From positions 260,515 through 324,514 of the forward strand of contig JAKJEM010000001.1 of the NCBI GenBank assembly GCA_022705425.1: a stretch of 64,000 nucleotides of DNA. The letters run 5' to 3'. This DNA comes from Planctomycetota bacterium. Its GTDB lineage: Bacteria; Planctomycetota; Brocadiia; CAIUPP01. The position numbers and the translations under genes were made by a program. Shown piece by piece: positions 58,236 through 64,000 of this stretch; the stretch's first letter is position 1; each line of letters starts with the position of its first letter. A model generated the notes under the pieces. The model was given only the letters and a program-made list of their open reading frames with translations, was not told where the DNA came from and searched no databases.

Positions 58236-59309
58236 ATGACCCCGCGCGAACGCATCCTGACGGCGCTGCGCCGCCGCGAGCCTGATCGCCTGCCCTTTTC
58301 CTTCGCCATGACCGGCCCGGTGCGGCAGGAGTTCCGCCGCCGCACGGGCGCGCGCGATCACTTCGAGCATTACGACCTCGAACACCGCCCCGTCTCGCCC
58401 CGCCCCTCGCCGCATCCGGCAGACTTCTCCGGCTACTACCGCGGGCGCGTCTTCAGCGGCCCGGTCCGTTTCGACCCCGACTGGGGCTATGCCATGGTGG
58501 ACCAGGCCGGGCACGACCACCTGCGCCACTGGGAGAGCCCCTTTGACGGGCGCGAGTTCACCGTGCGCGACGCGCTGGACTACCCCATCCCCGACCTGGA
58601 CGCGCCGGCCCGCTACGAAGGCGTTGCCGAAGCGAACGCCGCCTGGCACGCCAAGGGCTACGCCACGCTCTACGTCTCCGGCTTTTCCACCTACGACCTC
58701 TCCTGGCTGATCCGGGGCTACGAGCCCTTTCTGCTGGACATGGCCGCGCGGACGGAGGCCTCGCAGACGTTGATGGACCGCGTGTGCGACGCCGTTGCCG
58801 CGCAGTTGCGCCAGATGGCCGGGCGCGGGACGGACATCGTCGGCTTCGGCGAGGACGTCGGCAGCCAGACGGCGCTGATGATGAGCCCCGCTCTCTGGCG
58901 CGAGCAGATCAAGCCCCGCTTCGCCCGGATCGTGCGCGCCGCCAAGACCGCCCGCCCGGACGTGCTCTTCTTCTATCACAGCGACGGGCAGATCGAGTCC
59001 ATCATCCCGGACCTGATCGAGGTCGGCGTGGACATCCTGAACCCCGTGCAGCCGGAGTGCATGGACCCGGCCGCCATCAAGAGCCGCTACGGCGACCGCC
59101 TGGCCTTCTGGGGGGCGGTGGGGACGCAGACGACGATGCCCTACGGCACGCCGGCCGAGGTGCGGGCCTGCGTCCGCCGGCTCTTCGAGACTGTGGGCCG
59201 AGGCGGGGGCTTCGTCTGCGCGCCCAGCCACGTTCTCGAACCGGAGGTCCCGTGGGAGAACGTGGAAGCCTTCGTCGCCGCCTGCCGGGAGTGCCTTTAC
59301 GCGCGATAG
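58236..59309 (+). CDS. URO-D-family protein 3
   Basis: MTPRER, GEDVGSQ..LMMSP..WRE, YHSDG, LNPVQP, GAVGTQ, APSHVLEPEVPWENV. Confidence 0.88.
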   Translation: MTPRERILTALRRREPDRLPFSFAMTGPVRQEFRRRTGARDHFEHYDLEHRPVSPRPSPHPADFSGYYRGRVFSGPVRFDPDWGYAMVDQAGHDHLRHWESPFDGREFTVRDALDYPIPDLDAPARYEGVAEANAAWHAKGYATLYVSGFSTYDLSWLIRGYEPFLLDMAARTEASQTLMDRVCDAVAAQLRQMAGRGTDIVGFGEDVGSQTALMMSPALWREQIKPRFARIVRAAKTARPDVLFFYHSDGQIESIIPDLIEVGVDILNPVQPECMDPAAIKSRYGDRLAFWGAVGTQTTMPYGTPAEVRACVRRLFETVGRGGGFVCAPSHVLEPEVPWENVEAFVAACRECLYAR

Positions 59310-59417
59310 TTCGTTGAGGGCCGCCGATGGAAGGGAACCTTCGCTGCCCGATCGCCGGCGCGGCCATCGCCGCCGCCATCCTGCTCCTGTGGAGGCTGGG
59401 AGCGCCGCGCGGCCGTC

Positions 59418-60605
59418 CTAGTCCGCCGTCTGCAGGGAGTACTTGGTGGCGTTCGTGTTCGCGGCCTTGTCGAAGGTGATAGCCAGTTGCACCGTTGCGC
59501 CCGGCGACACGGTGCGCGCGGAGGCATCACCGGTCAGGGTGAGCGCTGTCGGCGAGGATGAGACCGATCCCGACCAGACCGTTGTTCCACCCACGGCCAC
59601 CGCGTTGAGGAACTTGTTCGACGTCGGCCAGCCGATGGTTACGGAACGGATCACATAGGGGGAGCCGCCGACATTGGTAAGGCTGTAGAACGCGCGCGTG
59701 CCGTTGAAGGTGGGTCCGGCGACGGTCAGGCTGCCCGGCGTCACGATGGTCTCCTTGGGCCGCGCGTATGTTCCGGAGCGTCCGGCCATCAGGAAGGTCT
59801 GCCCCGAGGCGGGGTAGCCGCCGTCAATCGCCACCGTGCCCTCGGTCACGTTGACCTGGGTGACGTACTCGGAGGCGGACTCGGAGGTCGTCACGCGGAA
59901 GCGCGTGCCCCGCACTCCCGCTGTGCAGGCCGGCGTGGCCACGTCGAAGTGGGTGCCGTGGGCGGCCTGGACATCAAGGCTGCCGACGGCGCCGCCTTCC
60001 ACGCGGATGGCGCTGTAGATCTTCCCCTGCGCCTCCTCGAAGGAAACGACGACCACCACCTGCAACCCGGCCGATACGGTCACCGTCGTTCCGTCGGCAA
60101 AGCGCAGCGTTCCGCCGACAACCTCCGTACCCGGCTTCACCGGGTTGCCGTTCCAGGTGACCGGCGCGGTCTTGCCGCTCTGCGCCCGCCCCCCGGCAAA
60201 GGCCGCCGGCGTCACGGAAGCGCCGGTGTGATTCGCGCACCCGAGCAGGAAACTCTCCGCGCGTCCGGGAATCTGCGGAACGTAGTACTGGCTGTAGCTG
60301 TCCATCGCGGCGCTGCCCTGGACGGGGCAAACGAAGACGCGCGGGTCATTGATGTACGTCGCCAGCACCGTGGGCAGGCTGCCGTCCATCAGCGATGCCA
60401 TCGCCCGGTGGTCGGCGTAGTAGGCCGTCAGGGCGGTCGAGATCTGCCGGAGGTTGTTCATGCAGGAGATCGTCCGCGCCGACTGGCGCATCGGCACCAT
60501 CGCCCCGGCCAGGATCGCCGCCAGGATGCCGAGAATCCCCAACACGACCAGCATCTCAACAATCGTCCAGCCGTGAATCCGGCCTTCGCGCGTGTCTGAC
60601 CTCAT
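59418..60605 (-). CDS. Type IV pilin-like protein fused to a FecR domain and Ig-like C-terminus
   Basis: G|WTIVEMLVVLGILGIL prepilin site; CMNNLRQI..AL..Y; FVCP; FDVATPACTAGVRGTRFRV...V.V.EGTV (FecR). Confidence 0.75.
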   Translation of the reverse strand: MRSDTREGRIHGWTIVEMLVVLGILGILAAILAGAMVPMRQSARTISCMNNLRQISTALTAYYADHRAMASLMDGSLPTVLATYINDPRVFVCPVQGSAAMDSYSQYYVPQIPGRAESFLLGCANHTGASVTPAAFAGGRAQSGKTAPVTWNGNPVKPGTEVVGGTLRFADGTTVTVSAGLQVVVVVSFEEAQGKIYSAIRVEGGAVGSLDVQAAHGTHFDVATPACTAGVRGTRFRVTTSESASEYVTQVNVTEGTVAIDGGYPASGQTFLMAGRSGTYARPKETIVTPGSLTVAGPTFNGTRAFYSLTNVGGSPYVIRSVTIGWPTSNKFLNAVAVGGTTVWSGSVSSSPTALTLTGDASARTVSPGATVQLAITFDKAANTNATKYSLQTAD

Positions 60606-60885
60606 TGTCCGGCTCTCCTCCACAGGGGGTGCTGCACCTCCGCACTTTTCATAGCAACGGCCGTACCGAAAGGATGGAGCGGACGCTCGTAATCTGTAAC
60701 ACGCTTAGCTGTTATGTGTTAGGACAACGTGCGGCAGCAGCCTCGCCAGGGACTCGCCCCCCAAACCCGAAGCGTTATGCGAATGCAGTGTGCCATTTCG
60801 GGACAAGCCGTGACGTGGCACATCAGCGGGCACGGTGCGGAGAGCAGTTCCCGCCGGCAGCAGCGCTGCGGGCGAAGGGGCGCGT

Positions 60886-61890
60886 TCAGCGCGCCATGCG
60901 GGCGAGCTTCCGCGCCACCTGGCGCACGAAGTTACGCCCGAGGAGTTCGTAGCCGTCGCCGTTCGGATGGAGATGGTCGGGAAGGTAGCCGGTTTCGCCG
61001 GGCCCGAAGAGGTCGAGCCCGGAGACGTAGAAGATGCGGCGGTCGCCGGCGGCAACGAGGCGGGCGACGGCATCCTGCACCTGCTCGCGCATGAGGGTCA
61101 AAGTCATGCCCACGGCGTTCGGCGTCGTCTCGCGCGGCGGCGAGATGATCGGCGATACGACGGCCAGGGGGGTGCGCGGGTGCTTCTCGCGGATGATCTT
61201 GACCAGTCCGATGACCGCCGGCCGGAAGGAACGGCGGTTCAGGCTGCCGCTGCCCATCACGTTGATACCGAGCTTGAGGGAGATGAAATCGGCCGGCAGA
61301 TCGCGGATCATGCGCGCAACCATCGGGTCGAGATGGCACTGTCCGCCGTAGCCCAGGCAGGTCAGGTTCCAGTCCATGGCGCGGGCGATGGTGGCCGGCC
61401 AGGTGCGGGCGGGGCTGTGCGCCTCGCCGCAGTGGGTGATGGAGCTGCCGTAGGCGACCCATTTCGGGCGGCGGTCGGGGGCGGGGCGCGCCGTTGCCCC
61501 GGCGGGCAGCAGCAGCCGACGGACGACGGCGAGTTTCCGCTGCGGCAGCCAGAGTTCCACGACTTTGCGCCCGGCGGGAAGGTTCTCGAAGAGGACGTCC
61601 GTGGCGTTCTCGTCGAGGGCGGCGGTGGCCAGGAGCTTCGGGCCGAGCGTCAGGTCGAAGAGGCGCTTCTCATTGCGCGCGGCGCAACGCAGGCCGAGGG
61701 CGCGCGCCTCCGTCTCGAAGCGCAGCCGCACCCCGGCGGGCATCTCCGCGCGCGCGAGAAGGCCCTCGTCCGGCGACGGGAAGAGCCCGCGCTCCGACAC
61801 CGGCAGGCGCCAGGGCCTCAAACCACCCTCGGCGCGTTCAAAGGACACGGCTCCTGCGAACCACTTCGGCGTTACGGCAATGGCTTTCAT
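60886..61890 (-). CDS. SGNH/GDSL hydrolase with N-terminal jelly-roll (SsfX3-like)
   Basis: YGSSITHC, LGYGGQC.LDP, KLGIN, D.LHPN..GY; SD GGAGG. Confidence 0.9.
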   Translation of the reverse strand: MKAIAVTPKWFAGAVSFERAEGGLRPWRLPVSERGLFPSPDEGLLARAEMPAGVRLRFETEARALGLRCAARNEKRLFDLTLGPKLLATAALDENATDVLFENLPAGRKVVELWLPQRKLAVVRRLLLPAGATARPAPDRRPKWVAYGSSITHCGEAHSPARTWPATIARAMDWNLTCLGYGGQCHLDPMVARMIRDLPADFISLKLGINVMGSGSLNRRSFRPAVIGLVKIIREKHPRTPLAVVSPIISPPRETTPNAVGMTLTLMREQVQDAVARLVAAGDRRIFYVSGLDLFGPGETGYLPDHLHPNGDGYELLGRNFVRQVARKLARMAR

Positions 61891-61909
61891 GGCAGCCTCC
61901 GGTAAGGGG

Positions 61910-62049
61910 GACGACGGACGACGGACGGCAGACGACGGACGGCAGACGACGGACGACAGACGACGGACGACGGACGACAGACGACAGACGACGGACGACA
62001 GACGACAGACGGCAGACGACGGACGACGGACGGCAGACGACGGACGGCG
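61910..62049. repeat. Tandem heptamer array, 20 units of GACG(A/G)C(G/A)
   Basis: Units GACGACG, GACGGCA, GACGACA (final GACGGCG), exactly in phase over 140 bp. Confidence 0.95.
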
Positions 62050-62087
62050 GCTCCTGACTCGCGGCCATCGGCCATCAGGCCCAAGGG

Positions 62088-62093
62088 ATTATA
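62088..62093 (-). promoter_or_regulatory. Consensus -10 box (TATAAT) for the SGNH gene
   Basis: Plus-strand ATTATA; no convincing -35. Confidence 0.45.
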
Positions 62094-62174
62094 GCGAGTG
62101 GACGTCCGCCGCGCACACAACGGCGTCCGGAAGGTCGCACGCCTGCCCCCGGCGGGTCCGGTTACACTCGCGGG

Positions 62175-62203
62175 TTGACAGTATCGCCGTGACGCACTAT
62201 CTT
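62175..62203 (+). promoter_or_regulatory. sigma70-like promoter for STAS-acs
   Basis: TTGACA-17-TATCTT. Confidence 0.7.
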
Positions 62204-62339
62204 CTCCGCCGTCGTTGTTCTTCGGATTGTGGGGCGGCTTCCGCGCGCAGGCCGCCAAGGTCAAGGAGTGCGTAGCGCCCGGGGGGTGTCTCGATGATGT
62301 CCCACGCCAACTCCGACACAGGCATCGAGGAGGCCGCCA

Positions 62340-64000
62340 ATGGAAACCCGGTTCGACGCCGAGAGGGGGACGCTGACCTGTTCGTTCGAGGGTTCGATCC
62401 GCAGCGACGAATGCCCGGCGATCCATGCGGAGGTACTGGCGAAACTGGAGGCACTCGGGGCGCGTGCAGGGAGCGCGCCGCCCGATGGGCTCAAGGTCGT
62501 CTTCGACCTCGGCAGCGTGGAGTATGTCTCATCGGCCTTTCTCAGTGTGCTGCTGATGACGGCGCGACGGGTGAAGAAGGGCAATCTGGCGATCTCCAAC
62601 GCGAACGCGTTCGTTCACGACATTCTGACGACGGTCGGGCTTGATCGTCTGGCCCGGATCACCTCGTTGAAACGTGACGCGGCGTCCTTTCCGCCCCCGC
62701 CGGCCTTCGCGGCGACGGCGCGATTGTCTTCGGCGGCGGAACGGGCGCGGTTGCACGCCGAGTCGCTGGCCGATCCCGAGGGGTTCTGGGGGAGAATGGC
62801 GGGGAAACATCTGGCGTGGTTCAAACCCTGGGAGCGGGTTCTCGACTGGCAACCGCCCAATGCCAAGTGGTTCGTGGGGGGGCGACTGAATGCCTGCTAC
62901 AACTGCCTTGACCGGCACCTGGGCACCCCGACGGAGCACAAGGCGGCCCTCATCTGGGAGGGGGAGATGGAAGGCCGCCCGGGGCAGGAGCGGGTGCTGA
63001 CCTATCGAGAGCTCTTCACGGAGGTGTGCCGGTTCGCGAATGCGCTGAAGCGGCTGGGGGTGGGCAAGGGCGACCGCGTCTTGATCTACATGCCGATGAC
63101 CCCCGAAGCCTGTGTGGCGATGCTCGCCTGCGCACGGATCGGGGCGATTCATTCCGTGGTGTTCGGCGGATTCAGCGCGCAAGCCGTGGCTGAACGGGTT
63201 CAGGACTGCGGCGCAAAGGCCGTTGTGACGGCCGATGGCGGCCGGCGGCGCGGAGAGATCGTGCCGTTGAAGGCGAACGTGGACGCGGCCATGACGCTGC
63301 GCGACGATGCGGGACGGATGAGTTGCGCCACGGTGCGCCACGTGGTGGTGCTTCGGCAGGTCGGGGTCGAGACGCCGATGACGGCGGGCCGGGACGTCTG
63401 GTGGCACGAGATCGTCGCGGGTGTCTCGGCGGACTGCCCGCCCGAGGTCCTGGACAGCGAGGACGTGCTGTTTATCCTCTACACCAGCGGCTCGACGGGC
63501 AAACCCAAGGGGGTCTTCCACACGACGGCGGGCTATCTGCTCGGTGTCAAGCTGACGCACGAACACATCTTCGACATTCGCGACAGCGACGTCTACTGGT
63601 GTACGGCCGACATCGGATGGATCACCGGCCACAGTTACGTGGTCTACGGCCCTTTGGCCAACGGCGCGACGGTGGTTATCTACGAGGGCGCGCCGAACTA
63701 CCCGAGCCCGGACCGGTTCTGGCGCATCGTCGCCAAGCGGCGCGTCACGATCCTTTACACCGCGCCGACGGCCATCCGGGCTTTCATGAAGTGGGGAGAC
63801 GAATGGCCGGCACGGCATGACCTTTCCTCGTTGCGGCTGCTCGGAACGGTCGGCGAGCCGATCAACCCGGAGGCGTGGCTCTGGTATCACCGCGTGATCG
63901 GCGGGGGGCGGTGCCCGATCGTGGATACGTGGTGGCAGACGGAGACCGGCGCCATCATGATCGCGCCCCTGCCCGGCGCCACGGCGACGAAGCCGGGATC
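62340..64000 (+). CDS. acs: STAS domain-acetyl-CoA synthetase fusion (3'-partial)
   Basis: Hand-translated with no stop from ATG 62340 (SD GGAGG) to the window end: STAS ([16 protein letters not shown]..., aa 1-107), then [57 protein letters not shown]. Confidence 0.92.
   Translation, partial: METRFDAERGTLTCSFEGSIRSDECPAIHAEVLAKLEALGARAGSAPPDGLKVVFDLGSVEYVSSAFLSVLLMTARRVKKGNLAISNANAFVHDILTTVGLDRLARITSLKRDAASFPPPPAFAATARLSSAAERARLHAESLADPEGFWGRMAGKHLAWFKPWERVLDWQPPNAKWFVGGRLNACYNCLDRHLGTPTEHKAALIWEGEMEGRPGQERVLTYRELFTEVCRFANALKRLGVGKGDRVLIYMPMTPEACVAMLACARIGAIHSVVFGGFSAQAVAERVQDCGAKAVVTADGGRRRGEIVPLKANVDAAMTLRDDAGRMSCATVRHVVVLRQVGVETPMTAGRDVWWHEIVAGVSADCPPEVLDSEDVLFILYTSGSTGKPKGVFHTTAGYLLGVKLTHEHIFDIRDSDVYWCTADIGWITGHSYVVYGPLANGATVVIYEGAPNYPSPDRFWRIVAKRRVTILYTAPTAIRAFMKWGDEWPARHDLSSLRLLGTVGEPINPEAWLWYHRVIGGGRCPIVDTWWQTETGAIMIAPLPGATATKPG

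Noticed and set aside
61910-62049. CRISPR array or TTDDRR/SSVVRR peptide-coding interpretation of the repeat
   Set aside because: 7-nt units have no spacers and no cas genes are nearby; the peptide repeats appear in all frames as a by-product of the heptamer period
62294-62644. 116-aa ORF overlapping the STAS region in another frame
   Set aside because: No motifs; the 62340 frame has the SD and the STAS/Acs homology

Overview
GC-rich (roughly 70%) bacterial chromosomal window, very probably Planctomycetota/PVC. Two signs point there: a planctomycete-style HisD N-terminus and several prepilin-type H-X9-DG/DUF1559-like proteins. About 55 genes. Housekeeping genes (recG, smpB, hisD-hisC-hisB, alr, blc, acs) sit among carbohydrate-catabolic genes (GH1, GH2, GH4, PL22-like, PL26/YetA-like, BNR/sialidase-like, two DUF4838, SGNH, several NAD(P) dehydrogenases, PfkB kinase, three URO-D-like proteins). 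I saw no rRNA, tRNA, CRISPR array, integrase or transposase. Most notable: (1) an acetyl-CoA synthetase with an in-frame N-terminal STAS domain, missed by the ORF track because it runs off the window, preceded by a leader with mutually exclusive SD-sequestering pairings; (2) a LacI-controlled, PUL-like cluster with pilin-like H-X9-DG proteins and no recognisable sugar transporter, one copy frameshifted; (3) a pentameric ligand-gated ion channel gene inside a sugar operon; (4) a pilin-FecR fusion; (5) a 20-unit heptamer array in a probable 5' UTR; (6) a truncated DUF4160 next to an intact DUF2442; (7) an unannotated 42-aa lipoprotein. All family assignments come from motif recognition by eye, not from database searches.
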